Shown piece by piece: positions 1 to 10,087 of a stretch of DNA of 64,000 nucleotides. Position 1 is the stretch's first letter; the number at the start of each line of letters is the position of its first letter. Under the pieces are notes generated by a model. That model did no database searches. It was not told the DNA's origin and saw only the letters and a list, made by a program, of their open reading frames with translations. The stretch lies in the NCBI GenBank assembly GCA_019057815.1, contig JAHLWR010000002.1, positions 192,001-256,000 on the forward strand, given 5' to 3'. This DNA comes from Candidatus Heimdallarchaeota archaeon. Lineage in GTDB: Archaea; Asgardarchaeota; Heimdallarchaeia; Heimdallarchaeales; Heimdallarchaeaceae. Position numbers and translations under genes: made by a program.

Positions 1-1803
1 ATGAGAGGAGTAAAAGAAGACATTTTCCGAGATCTTAGGAAAAACTTAGGATTCACATCATCAGGAGAAATTATTTTCAAAGAGGCTTCGTTAGATATGC
101 CTGAGATGCCTTCTGCGTTATATATTGCTGATACAATAAATAATTCAAGAAAGCTAATTAAAAGAGGTTTTTCTGATATAGAAAGCAAAACAAGGCAAGT
201 TTTTGAAAAAAAGAGGGAAGAATTTCAAAATAATCAGAATGAACTAATTTCATCGTTAGAAAAGGACATGAAAATAATAAAAAACGAAAAAAAAGAGATA
301 TTCTCTTCAAAAACTGAATTATTCTTATCAATAGTTAAAAAATATCAAAATCAATTTGAAATTCTTTATTCTTCAAATATGATATCAATTGAAAACGCGA
401 AAAATAGTTTAATTGACAACTTTAATCAGAAGAAAGTCTTGTTCAAGAACGAATTTGAACAGATTACAAACAAGCTAATCGTTAAAACGAAAAGCACCAT
501 TTCAGATGTGTTGAAGAGGTTTACTGCATTTCCAGAAATAATAAAGAAAGATTTAGAATCTGTAAAACAAGAAAAAAGCCAAAAGAAAATACAGAAATTA
601 GGCAATATACTAAGGAAAAGTAATTCAGGGTTTGTTCAAGATGCAAAAGAAATAGTGCAACAAATCCAAGTTTTGTTAAATAGTAATAAAGAATTTGCAC
701 AAAAACAAGGAAATATTATTACCGACATCATGAAACTTAAAACAACAATTAACGACCTTGTGGAAGAAAGAAACTACGAAGAATTACGAATAGGAATTGA
801 AAATCTAAACAATTTTCTTGAAAATCTCGAGAATGGTTATTCACATTTTTCCTCTCATGGAATAGATATTAAAAAGCGCTTGGAGAGTTACAATGAGAGA
901 CTAGAAGAAAGATTGAATAAAATAGAAAATCAAGAGAGTAGTATCGAAACTACACTAGCTACATCTTATGACTTACAAATGTCAGCTGTTTTTCAAAATG
1001 TACAGCTATCTCTCGGAAATCTTTTACAAAACATATCTAATGAGTTGTTATTAATAAATGATGGGTTTGAAAGAGAGATTGAAAATCAGAATCAAGTAAT
1101 TTTGGAAGAAATAGACAATTCTTTTGAAACAATTTTAAATAATATTACAAAGAACATTCAAAATCAAAAATTATCGTTTGAAAACGGTATCAATAGAATT
1201 AATGATGAGTTTAGTAAAGTTTCTTCCGAAATTGAGATAGATTTAACAAAAATGATGGAAGAAAACAATCAGTTTCTTGATACTGGTTTCACAACATTGA
1301 AAGAACATACCTTTAAGGTTACGAATATTTACGAAATCAATCACGTAAAATTGATATTAGATTTGAAACAATTATTTGAGAACATGTCAATTTCTTTTAC
1401 TGGTTTAGTCAACTCACTTGAAAGTAAATTAGGTGATGAATATAGAAATCTACTCGAGTATTTCGAAAAAACAAAGGAAACAACAATGGGAACAGCAAAA
1501 AACCTACTAGAAGATTTAACAAATCGTCTTACAGATCAGATTGACAAAATTTGGACAAATGCATTAAAAGAATTAAACACATTACAAGAGAAAACACAAA
1601 CAACAAAAATTCATCAAACATTAAAAAACAAACTTTTGGAAACCAATGTAAAAATAAGAAATGCGATCCAAAACCAAATCAAAGGTGGAGAAATTGCCTT
1701 AGAAATGCTTGAAAACAGCATTAGAATGTCTTTTGACGATTTAAATATTCAAATGAGGGAAGCCTCAGAGAGTTTTAGTAAAAAAACAGAAGAAATTAAA
1801 TAA
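1..1803 (+). CDS. Long all-helical/coiled-coil protein, probably 5'-truncated by the window edge
   Basis: 600-aa ORF starting at base 1; E/K/N/Q/L/I-rich heptad-like composition, few Pro/Gly, no catalytic motif. Confidence 0.7.
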   Translation: MRGVKEDIFRDLRKNLGFTSSGEIIFKEASLDMPEMPSALYIADTINNSRKLIKRGFSDIESKTRQVFEKKREEFQNNQNELISSLEKDMKIIKNEKKEIFSSKTELFLSIVKKYQNQFEILYSSNMISIENAKNSLIDNFNQKKVLFKNEFEQITNKLIVKTKSTISDVLKRFTAFPEIIKKDLESVKQEKSQKKIQKLGNILRKSNSGFVQDAKEIVQQIQVLLNSNKEFAQKQGNIITDIMKLKTTINDLVEERNYEELRIGIENLNNFLENLENGYSHFSSHGIDIKKRLESYNERLEERLNKIENQESSIETTLATSYDLQMSAVFQNVQLSLGNLLQNISNELLLINDGFEREIENQNQVILEEIDNSFETILNNITKNIQNQKLSFENGINRINDEFSKVSSEIEIDLTKMMEENNQFLDTGFTTLKEHTFKVTNIYEINHVKLILDLKQLFENMSISFTGLVNSLESKLGDEYRNLLEYFEKTKETTMGTAKNLLEDLTNRLTDQIDKIWTNALKELNTLQEKTQTTKIHQTLKNKLLETNVKIRNAIQNQIKGGEIALEMLENSIRMSFDDLNIQMREASESFSKKTEEIK

Positions 1804-1985
1804 CAAGTTACTGAAACTCTATTATAAAAAACCGATTTACTACCAACTCTCCGTTTTATTACCTTTGTCCAAAAGAATGTTTTTATAGAATGTTGAAAAA
1901 GAGTATTTAGTGTTAGAGAGAAATTAAGTACAAGTCTTTTTTCTTCGATAAAAAGATTAGTGGAATATTAAATCGGGGAATCTGT

Positions 1986-4064
1986 ATGGATAGAACTAAA
2001 GAAACTAACAATTTAGTAGAATTTCTATACCAACTAAGAAATAGAAAAATTAAGGATTCTAGTAAAAAAGAACAGATTCTTCGCCAAATATGCAATATTA
2101 TCCCCAATAAACTTGGTGATGTTCAAGTTACAATTGGTTTTTATGATAAAAATAACACACACTTTCACATATTTGTAGCTACAGACGAAAATATTTATGA
2201 AACATTTGAGATTGACACTTTTGACAATTCTGATCTTATTGCTAGTTTACAGATGACAACAGTGCCAATATGGTCTAAAGTCGAAAATATGCCGGAAAGA
2301 TACAAATGTAAAAAGATATTTCTCGAAAAAGGTCTTCAAGAATTGTATATAGCTCCAATAAGATATAAGGTTCAAACAGTTATAGGAGGTTTATGTGTAA
2401 TTCTCTCACCAAGAACAAGCAAACTTGGTACTGAACAAATAGTTCAATTCATAACTGAAACTTCTAACTTAGTATCTTTAATCATTACTTCTTGGGTAGA
2501 ACAATATGATTACCAATTGAAACAAGAGCAAACAGAATTAATTGTTGAGATGTCAAATCTAACATTAGAGACAACTGAAATCCAAATTATACTTAACACA
2601 ATCATCCCAAAAATCCAAAAAATAACGGGAATAAAACAATATGGAGTTTTTATAAAAGAAATAAATCAATTTAAAATTGTTAACAAAGTTGGTTTATCAG
2701 AAGAAATAATCGAATACATATCTCAACCATCTCTTGAAATCTCTAAACTACCTTATTATAATACAGTAGAGAAGATAATAGAAGAAGAAACTGCAGGTCA
2801 TCACCCTGAATACAGGATTATTCTTCCTATTGGTTCCACAAACTTAATGCTCGGTTTCTTACTTATCATTTCGGATACGCAAGATGTTTTATCAAATACT
2901 AATGTCAATTTCCTAAGAATAGTCGCCAATCAATTATTCCTAACCTTACAACGCAAAAGATTACTTGATGATATCCAAATAATAACACAAACAGCTGAAT
3001 TTTCATCTTTTCCATTAATTCTTGTAGACAATAGGCTTGATGTTATATATCTAAATATGCAATCAGAAAAAACATTCAATATCAGTCATGGAGAGACAAT
3101 TGGAGAAAATATAGAATATGCTTTGAAACTAGATACCGACAGAAAAATATTGTTAAGACAAAAGATAAATGAAGTACTCACTAACATTTCAAAAATTTCT
3201 TTTCAAATAGATTTGGATATATTTGAAGCAGGTAAGATGGATACTAGAACATTCTTAGTTCAACTATCTCCTACGATAAATAATTTAACAGGTGAGTATT
3301 GTGTTGTAATGTCCTTGGTTGATATTTCAGAAGCAACTAAGCTTCAAACAATAGCAAAAGAATACAATAGTAGAACACGAATGTATCTGAATGTTCTCAC
3401 ACACGATATTTACAACATATTTTTCGGTATTTCGGGTTATTACGAATTATTACGAAACACTATCTCACCAGAACAACAGGAAACAATTAAGCGAACAGAG
3501 CATCTTGTAAAACGTGGTACAGCTATTGTTCAAGATATACGATTATTGAGCAATGTTTTAGAATCATACTCTGAGAAACAATTAATATCCGTTCCTTTGA
3601 AAATGGCAATTACAACAGTCGTAAACAAAATTCATGAAGAGAATAATGAAAAGGGAATTGTGTTTAATATAGATGTTTCTAAAGAAATTAAGGTGCTCGG
3701 TGGAGCTTATCTCAGTAGCTTATTCTTATATGCAATCACAACTTTACTAAGAAAATCAAAGAAGAGAGAGATAGAAATAGAAATTAAAGGAACAACTAAG
3801 GAGATTGATTCCAACATTTTTTACGAGATAAGTATTTTTGATGAGGAAGGAACAGCACCTTCAATAAGAGAAGAAGGTAAAAGAGCATTTAACAAACTAT
3901 TTGATGAATATGTTAGAAAATATTTAGAAATAATGATTGTTTACGAAATCGCAAGAAAATACGATTATGCAATCAGTTTCAAAGATGTAGATGAAACTGA
4001 TTGGACCAAAGGTACTCATATAATTATTACCATGCCAGTTGCAATTGAAACAGAAAAAGAGTAG
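1986..4064 (+). CDS. GAF-GAF-PAS sensor with HisKA and a degenerate HATPase_c domain
   Basis: GAF-like segments (LYIAPI..IGGLCV; ILPIG..LGFLLI..FLRIVANQL), PAS (LILVDNRLDVIYLN..EKTF), H-box LTHDIYN; N/G boxes eroded. Confidence 0.75.
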   Translation: MDRTKETNNLVEFLYQLRNRKIKDSSKKEQILRQICNIIPNKLGDVQVTIGFYDKNNTHFHIFVATDENIYETFEIDTFDNSDLIASLQMTTVPIWSKVENMPERYKCKKIFLEKGLQELYIAPIRYKVQTVIGGLCVILSPRTSKLGTEQIVQFITETSNLVSLIITSWVEQYDYQLKQEQTELIVEMSNLTLETTEIQIILNTIIPKIQKITGIKQYGVFIKEINQFKIVNKVGLSEEIIEYISQPSLEISKLPYYNTVEKIIEEETAGHHPEYRIILPIGSTNLMLGFLLIISDTQDVLSNTNVNFLRIVANQLFLTLQRKRLLDDIQIITQTAEFSSFPLILVDNRLDVIYLNMQSEKTFNISHGETIGENIEYALKLDTDRKILLRQKINEVLTNISKISFQIDLDIFEAGKMDTRTFLVQLSPTINNLTGEYCVVMSLVDISEATKLQTIAKEYNSRTRMYLNVLTHDIYNIFFGISGYYELLRNTISPEQQETIKRTEHLVKRGTAIVQDIRLLSNVLESYSEKQLISVPLKMAITTVVNKIHEENNEKGIVFNIDVSKEIKVLGGAYLSSLFLYAITTLLRKSKKREIEIEIKGTTKEIDSNIFYEISIFDEEGTAPSIREEGKRAFNKLFDEYVRKYLEIMIVYEIARKYDYAISFKDVDETDWTKGTHIIITMPVAIETEKE

Positions 4065-4079
4065 TTTAAAATGAAACAA

Positions 4080-4349
4080 TTATAGACGAGTAACAAAAGT
4101 CATTTGTATTGTTGAAACACATTCTAGTGCATTTATGTAATCTTCTAACTCATCTTGTGCTCCGTCTTCTTCAGGAATAATGAATTGTGCAACAATACCA
4201 GTTATACCAAAAAATAGTGGTTTTTCTTCGACTTTTTCTTTCATCTCATATTTATCAGAAAGACCACCACGAACAGATTTCTCTAATTCTTGAGGGGTGA
4301 TTTCTGGTTTTTCTGGTCTAATTTCGTAAACTAATAGTACTGAACCCAT
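4080..4349 (-). CDS. ef1b: Archaeal translation elongation factor 1-beta
   Basis: 89 aa, MGSV..I.PE, EEKPLFFGI motif; typical position downstream of the Zn-ribbon gene. Confidence 0.92.
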   Translation of the reverse strand: MGSVLLVYEIRPEKPEITPQELEKSVRGGLSDKYEMKEKVEEKPLFFGITGIVAQFIIPEEDGAQDELEDYINALECVSTIQMTFVTRL

Positions 4350-4367
4350 TTATATCACATCTCAACA

Positions 4368-4559
4368 TTAAGGACCGGTAAAACCGCATTTAGGACAGAT
4401 ATATTGGTTCCCAAAACGCCTACATTTATTACATCTAATTATTAACACTTCATTACAATTAGGGCAGGAGAATCTTGTAGAACCTGTTTCACTTGGGGAG
4501 ATGTTTCTATTACAACTTGTGCATCGAGGCATAATTATTTCTTTACTCATAATTACCAC
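4368..4559 (-). CDS. Zn-ribbon protein (DUF1610/HVO_2753 family)
   Basis: [26 protein letters not shown] signature. Confidence 0.92.
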   Translation of the reverse strand: MVIMSKEIIMPRCTSCNRNISPSETGSTRFSCPNCNEVLIIRCNKCRRFGNQYICPKCGFTGP

Positions 4560-4736
4560 AGTTTACTTGTCTGTAATGGAACGAGCATGGTCTTGTTTTA
4601 AGCTTTTTGTCTTTTGCTTTATTTCAATCTCGTTAAGAAAATAAAAAATGAGCTTTAAAAGATAATAACGAAGCTTTAATATATTGATTTTGACTTTCCC
4701 TAGTTAAGAACAGTTGTTAAATTCTACCAATAATGG

Positions 4737-5903
4737 ATGATGAATATGAGTGGGTATTCACCAATATGGACGCATAAAGGTAGCGATAAACTACGAACAC
4801 TACAAATTACAAAAATATTAATGAACTCCTTAAAGAGAGTAATTTCCTCTTTTGACCTATCAAAAAAAGACACAAAGGAAGTAATCATCTATGCAATAGC
4901 TGAGACCATTCACAGATATTTCACTCCAAATCAAGAATTAGGGCTAGAAGAACAAATTAGGTTGTTCATTGAACTTTTGGGATGGAAAACTCTCACTATT
5001 AACATGAGTGAGGAGAAAGCCGAAGTGAAACTTGGAGCCAATCGTTTCTTCGTTTCAGAAAGTAAAGATCCAACATACTTGGTTATTGTTTCAGGTATAA
5101 TGAAAGCTGTTGGGTATCTGCTCTTCAATACTGATGTTGAACTGGAACAAATTCCAAGCCGCTTTGAATCTCAGCAATTACAAGTAGATATTAGTAAAAC
5201 ATCAAAAGACATTCCTGCAGCAAAAGAACACCTAATCGAAGCAGAATGGAATGTAAGTACACCTATAACACCAACCCAAACTTCTTCAGAAAAAACAGCA
5301 GATTCAAGTGATGTTAAAGGAAAGGAAGAAGTAGAAATCAAATCAACTATAGAGGTAGAACTAAGCGCGATTTTTTCTCCAATTCTGAAAGAATATCCAA
5401 CACTAACAATGTTTCCGATATTCCATAAGGTTTTATCAGAAATTACATCTACATTCTTCAGTGAAATAGAGGATGCAAACATTAAGAAAGCAAAAACAGA
5501 ATCCACTGAAAATAATATTCTATTCTTGATAGAATTCATACTAATCAATACTAGAGATTCAGGACAAGACTTACATGAAATCGCGGGAATGATAGGACAA
5601 TACGTAACAAAAGCATTACTAAGCAAATCAGATGACAACTTGGTAGAATTTTTACCAGATGAAATAACATCTACAATATCAAGAAGGGTTGTTTATGTAG
5701 ACTTCCCTGCAAGAAATTACTGTACATATGCACCTGGAGAAAAATGTGTGGAAGAGAAAAGAGATTTATGCGATTTTGTAATGTATATCTGGGAAGGAAT
5801 GCTTCAAGTATTATTACCAGATAAAAACTTCAAACTGGGAGATAGAATTCCAGCAACAAGAAGAGGAAAATTCTGCTTGGTTGAATTCTTAAAGAATGAG
5901 TAG
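4737..5903 (+). CDS. Hypothetical protein with probable tandem V4R/Bet3-like domains
   Basis: LLGW motif in the N-terminal half; C-terminal YC..LC.F...WEGML..CLVEF pattern; acidic/Ser/Thr linker. Confidence 0.5.
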   Translation: MMNMSGYSPIWTHKGSDKLRTLQITKILMNSLKRVISSFDLSKKDTKEVIIYAIAETIHRYFTPNQELGLEEQIRLFIELLGWKTLTINMSEEKAEVKLGANRFFVSESKDPTYLVIVSGIMKAVGYLLFNTDVELEQIPSRFESQQLQVDISKTSKDIPAAKEHLIEAEWNVSTPITPTQTSSEKTADSSDVKGKEEVEIKSTIEVELSAIFSPILKEYPTLTMFPIFHKVLSEITSTFFSEIEDANIKKAKTESTENNILFLIEFILINTRDSGQDLHEIAGMIGQYVTKALLSKSDDNLVEFLPDEITSTISRRVVYVDFPARNYCTYAPGEKCVEEKRDLCDFVMYIWEGMLQVLLPDKNFKLGDRIPATRRGKFCLVEFLKNE

Positions 5904-5957
5904 AATAAGAGAAAAAATAAAAAGAATAAAGAAATAATTAGTATAGGTGAAAGTCAA

Positions 5958-6422
5958 ATGGGTAGAAGAGTTGTAAAAAGAGTTTATAGAGATACATATG
6001 CAGCTGGGCAACGAGATACTAAAGAATTCGGCGACAGGTATATGGTAAGAATAGAATTGATATCTTTAAAAGTACTAGAAGATAGAGATTTGTTTGGGAA
6101 TGAAAGCGAACTATATTTCAGAGTAGGACGAAGACCTAGGTTTAGCCACAGAATTCCCCAGAAAGGAACAATAAACATGGAGAAAAACGAAGTTTTTAAG
6201 CCACAAGAAGGATTAACACTATATACAGAATTTAAAAAAGCACCAAAAGGAGGATTAATAGAGGTACCATTCCACTTATTTGAGAGAGATCCAGGAAAAA
6301 ACGATGATTGCATCATTGACCACGAATTATCGATTCCTTTGGGTTCTTCTGATTATAGAATTATCACGCAAAACTCTATTAAAATCAAGCTCAAATTGTC
6401 TGGAATACGAACTAGATACTAG
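5958..6422 (+). CDS. Probable C2-like beta-sandwich protein
   Basis: DRDLFGNESELY and FERDPGKNDD resemble C2 Ca-binding loops 1 and 3; AGGTGA RBS upstream. Confidence 0.5.
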   Translation: MGRRVVKRVYRDTYAAGQRDTKEFGDRYMVRIELISLKVLEDRDLFGNESELYFRVGRRPRFSHRIPQKGTINMEKNEVFKPQEGLTLYTEFKKAPKGGLIEVPFHLFERDPGKNDDCIIDHELSIPLGSSDYRIITQNSIKIKLKLSGIRTRY

Positions 6423-6432
6423 TTATCTAATT

Positions 6433-7683
6433 TCAGAGCACTTTCTTTCTTTTTGTTTTTATTAGAAATTTTACGCTAGTTTTTGCTACAAAAGGTAAGA
6501 AACGCAAATCTAACAGTAATTTAAAGACAATCTTTTTCTGATTATCTACATCTCCAATTTTTGATATTTTTTCTTTTCTCTTTTGAGTACTCAATAATTC
6601 AAAGAGTCGTTCAAGCTCTTTTTCGTTTAATGAATTAAGATATTGACGAACTAATTTCATTATTGTCAAATTACTTCTCATTTCTTTCTTCCAATACTTT
6701 TCATAATTTGAAAGAAAACGTGCGCTATAATTTCCGGTTTTTAGCGCTTCTGCAGCCATTTCTCCTGCTTTTATTGCTGCAAGACCACCTAATATTACTC
6801 CTCCACCTGTTGTTGGTTTTATTTGACCTGCTGCGTCTCCAACCACCATAATATTATCTGTATAGGTCTTTCGGATGAAAGAACCTACAGGAATCGCACC
6901 ACTCATCTGTTTTTCAATAGAAGCAGAAGAAAGCTTATGTTTTGCAATCGGATGTTTTGTAATGAAATGTTGCAAATGTTTCCCTGTAGGGCGAGAACGT
7001 GAGCCTAAGCCCACTTTTGCTTCATCTTCACCTATTGGAATTATCCATGCAAAAAAACCTGGAGCGAATTCAGGAGTTTGATATACTTCTACATATTTCA
7101 AGTCTATATTTTTTACGCCAGACATAATATATTGAGTAGTAAAGACTATTTTACTATAAGATGGAGAAGGAAGACCAATTTGTTGATTTAAATGGGGAAA
7201 TCTTCCTTCTGCAAGTATTAATAGTGGGGAAGTTACATTATTAGTCAGACTCTTCTTCCCTAAAGTTAATTTTATTCTATTATTATCACGTTTGATAGAA
7301 GTGACCTTAGAATTGGTATGGATTACGACACCTTTTTCTTCTGCTAATCTCAATAAATGTTGGTCAAACTTTGATCTATCAACAACCCAAGCTGTTACAC
7401 TACTCTTTTGAACAGTTATGTTTATACCAGAAGGAGAAAATAATCTAGAACCTATAATACTACGATTTTGCACCATCTCTGGAGGTAAATTGCTTAAACC
7501 TAATCGATTCAAACCATCTACACTAAGCAAACCAGCGCAATGCTCGTATTTTCCAATACAAGATTTTGATTCAAATAAATGGGTAACTGAACCATTTTTT
7601 GCTGCTGAAATGGCTGCAAATAATCCAGCGGGGCCTCCACCAACTACTGCAATTTCCGTTTCGAGAGATGACACGTAAGACAT
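6433..7683 (-). CDS. Geranylgeranyl reductase family flavoprotein
   Basis: VVGGGPAG, VVDRSKFD, PGFFAWIIP, VGDAAGQIKPTTGGG motifs. Confidence 0.92.
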   Translation of the reverse strand: MSYVSSLETEIAVVGGGPAGLFAAISAAKNGSVTHLFESKSCIGKYEHCAGLLSVDGLNRLGLSNLPPEMVQNRSIIGSRLFSPSGINITVQKSSVTAWVVDRSKFDQHLLRLAEEKGVVIHTNSKVTSIKRDNNRIKLTLGKKSLTNNVTSPLLILAEGRFPHLNQQIGLPSPSYSKIVFTTQYIMSGVKNIDLKYVEVYQTPEFAPGFFAWIIPIGEDEAKVGLGSRSRPTGKHLQHFITKHPIAKHKLSSASIEKQMSGAIPVGSFIRKTYTDNIMVVGDAAGQIKPTTGGGVILGGLAAIKAGEMAAEALKTGNYSARFLSNYEKYWKKEMRSNLTIMKLVRQYLNSLNEKELERLFELLSTQKRKEKISKIGDVDNQKKIVFKLLLDLRFLPFVAKTSVKFLIKTKRKKVL

Positions 7684-7731
7684 TAACTAATGAGAATAAA
7701 AAAATAGTCATTAATATCTTAATAAATCAAA

Positions 7732-8997
7732 CTATTTCATTAACTCTCTAAGTAAATTAGTAGCATATGAGCCCTTTTGCAGTTTAAAAGACAGATTTAT
7801 CTTGTTCTTTGTCTTGTTAAAATCGTCTTCTTCAACTTCTTTTAACTTCAAATCTTGTGGTGTAAACAATAACGATCTCCTCGCACCCTTTCCTCCAATT
7901 CTTTGAATTAACGGTGTTTTAAACTGCGTTAGAGTAATATTTTCTTTCTCAAATATTTTTGAATATATCTCTGATGTTTCTCCCTTTAAAGTAGTCTTTG
8001 AACCAACAATTGGGATGTAAACTTTTTCTTTTATCATTTCTTCACCATTCAGAGGTTTAGTGAAATCTGAACTATAATGATTATATCTTATGTTAACATA
8101 ATTATTGAAAAGAAACGCTTGGTAAGCATGAATAAACAGCTTACGTAATTGTAATGGTAGAGTATTAAACACGTTTTCGTAGTTGTTATTTCTCTTTTCC
8201 AAATCATGAAGCATCTTTCGTTCTAGAAACAGATAATGCGGAAACATCTCTAGAGAATCCTTGTTATTCCCGGTTTCCCAATAGAATTTACGTGCTTTTT
8301 TTGTTTCCTCAGGTTCTCCCTTAAAGACCATGCCGATATAGTGACGAAACGCTTCCTTCAGATTTCCTAGAATAATATGTTTTCCTACAAAATGAGTAAT
8401 TGGTCTAATATCTCCAAATCTTTGAATCCCAAAACAGTTAGGAAGGCCTCCAAATTTTTTTATATCTCTTGAAATAAGAGAAAATATTTCAGTTATATTT
8501 TCTTCACCATATTTTACATTCCTGATAGTGATACCAAATGAATTTCCCCATAAACTTCCTAGACGAACTTCAGTAAGTTTGAAACAGTGAGAATGTGTTT
8601 TTATAGTCGGTAAATTTATAGGAGAAAGAATACCTTGTTCTGAAAGTTTTCTCGCTCCCCATGCTGAAACTCTTTGAGCTGTAACAGCGCGTTTGTCTTT
8701 TGTTCCAGCTATTCCAAGATTTTCTCTAGGAATTGACCAATATCTTGCAACCAAATCAAGAGCGCGATTAGCTTCTATATCTTTTTTCCATAAAACAAAA
8801 TGTAAAAACAATCCTGTCTTTCCTGGAAGATCAAAATGCATTTTTTCAGGATCAAGAACTTGGTTATTTTCTAATATTTCTCCCACAGTAAAATCTTCAG
8901 GAATACTCTTAATATTACCGTCTAACCCTTTCTCCTTAGAAACATAAGGAGACAAGAAGAGAGAGGATTCTATCTCTCTTTTTTTCACCCATATCAC
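7732..8997 (-). CDS. truD: tRNA pseudouridine(13) synthase TruD
   Basis: PEDF.V.E, AGTKDKRAVTAQ, GN.F.I.IR, PNCFGIQRFG, KGSYATNLLRE. Confidence 0.95.
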   Translation of the reverse strand: MIWVKKREIESSLFLSPYVSKEKGLDGNIKSIPEDFTVGEILENNQVLDPEKMHFDLPGKTGLFLHFVLWKKDIEANRALDLVARYWSIPRENLGIAGTKDKRAVTAQRVSAWGARKLSEQGILSPINLPTIKTHSHCFKLTEVRLGSLWGNSFGITIRNVKYGEENITEIFSLISRDIKKFGGLPNCFGIQRFGDIRPITHFVGKHIILGNLKEAFRHYIGMVFKGEPEETKKARKFYWETGNNKDSLEMFPHYLFLERKMLHDLEKRNNNYENVFNTLPLQLRKLFIHAYQAFLFNNYVNIRYNHYSSDFTKPLNGEEMIKEKVYIPIVGSKTTLKGETSEIYSKIFEKENITLTQFKTPLIQRIGGKGARRSLLFTPQDLKLKEVEEDDFNKTKNKINLSFKLQKGSYATNLLRELMK

Positions 8998-9357
8998 CTA
9001 TAAAAGAGGTAAATCTGCTGTTATTTTATCAATATGTTTCTCAGGAGCTGGTCCAATTCCTATAACTGTTGTAGTTCCAGGTGGTAGTTGAGTAAGTCCA
9101 GCGTCATTAATAATAGAAAATGGAAAATCTAATTTTTGTGACTTTGCAGCTAGTTCCTTTATATCTTTCTCTGAATGAATCTTTACAGTTATCTTTTTTT
9201 GACCCTCTTTCAACCAACTATTTGCCCATTCAGGGTAGTATTTTTCTGCTTTAACATACGCAGATAATGAGCCATGAGCCACTTGAACTGCTGTTTTACC
9301 TTTTGACATCTTCAAATCTAAACGAACAGCTATAACTTGTTTATACTCAAATTTCAT
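8998..9357 (-). CDS. pth2: Peptidyl-tRNA hydrolase Pth2
   Basis: KQVIAVRLDLKMSKGK.AVQVAH, DAGLTQLPPGT.T.IGIGP. Confidence 0.96.
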   Translation of the reverse strand: MKFEYKQVIAVRLDLKMSKGKTAVQVAHGSLSAYVKAEKYYPEWANSWLKEGQKKITVKIHSEKDIKELAAKSQKLDFPFSIINDAGLTQLPPGTTTVIGIGPAPEKHIDKITADLPLL

Positions 9358-9460
9358 TTCGTTCTGTGAATATATAAGTTACCTTAAATTAATACCGGTT
9401 GGAAGAAAAAAACAACTAAAACAATAATTGTTGAAAATATATAAATGAAAAGAAAAAATA

Positions 9461-9979
9461 TCATACATACTCAATGTACGCCTCAGTACCCAGAACTGAT
9501 GCAACTGTTTGAATTATTATACCTTCAGGAATTGGTAAAGAATCTTTGTATTTTTTTTGGATTTCGATTTTGTATTCTTTATCCGAAAAAGGTGGTATGT
9601 ATATTATTGAAACTTGTTTGACAGGTATGGGATCAAGTAGACTTTCAACTAATTTCTTTGGATCTTTTGTTCTTTCGAGAAATCTTATTTCCTTTTGAGT
9701 AACATCTCGAATTTGGGAGATAATATTTGGGGAGGAAAGTAGACTAATATCTTTCCCACGTGTAACAATTATCACATTATCTTCAAGTTCAAGAGATGAA
9801 TAGAAAGCAATATCTTTCAGTTGTTGATTTGATTTAGACATAGTGAGAAATAATTTAGAAAGTTTAATGTCAATATCATCGATTTTTCCTTCTTGATAGA
9901 GTTTTTTACATTTTCGACATAAAATGCCAGTTTGAGCGTCAATTGTACATATTGGTAGTTTCAATCTATGAATCTCCAC
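9461..9979 (-). CDS. Archaeal NusA-like KH-domain transcription factor
   Basis: N-terminal LPIC..D..GILC..C motif followed by a KH-like region; located next to pth2/truD. Confidence 0.75.
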   Translation of the reverse strand: MEIHRLKLPICTIDAQTGILCRKCKKLYQEGKIDDIDIKLSKLFLTMSKSNQQLKDIAFYSSLELEDNVIIVTRGKDISLLSSPNIISQIRDVTQKEIRFLERTKDPKKLVESLLDPIPVKQVSIIYIPPFSDKEYKIEIQKKYKDSLPIPEGIIIQTVASVLGTEAYIEYV

Positions 9980-10087
9980 AAACTTTTATGTGTCAATAGA
10001 AATAGAGAGATTTTAAGAATTGCGAATGTCGATTAATTAAAGGATAATAATTTAAATAAAAGTATTTATTACTAAAACGTTAAAATT

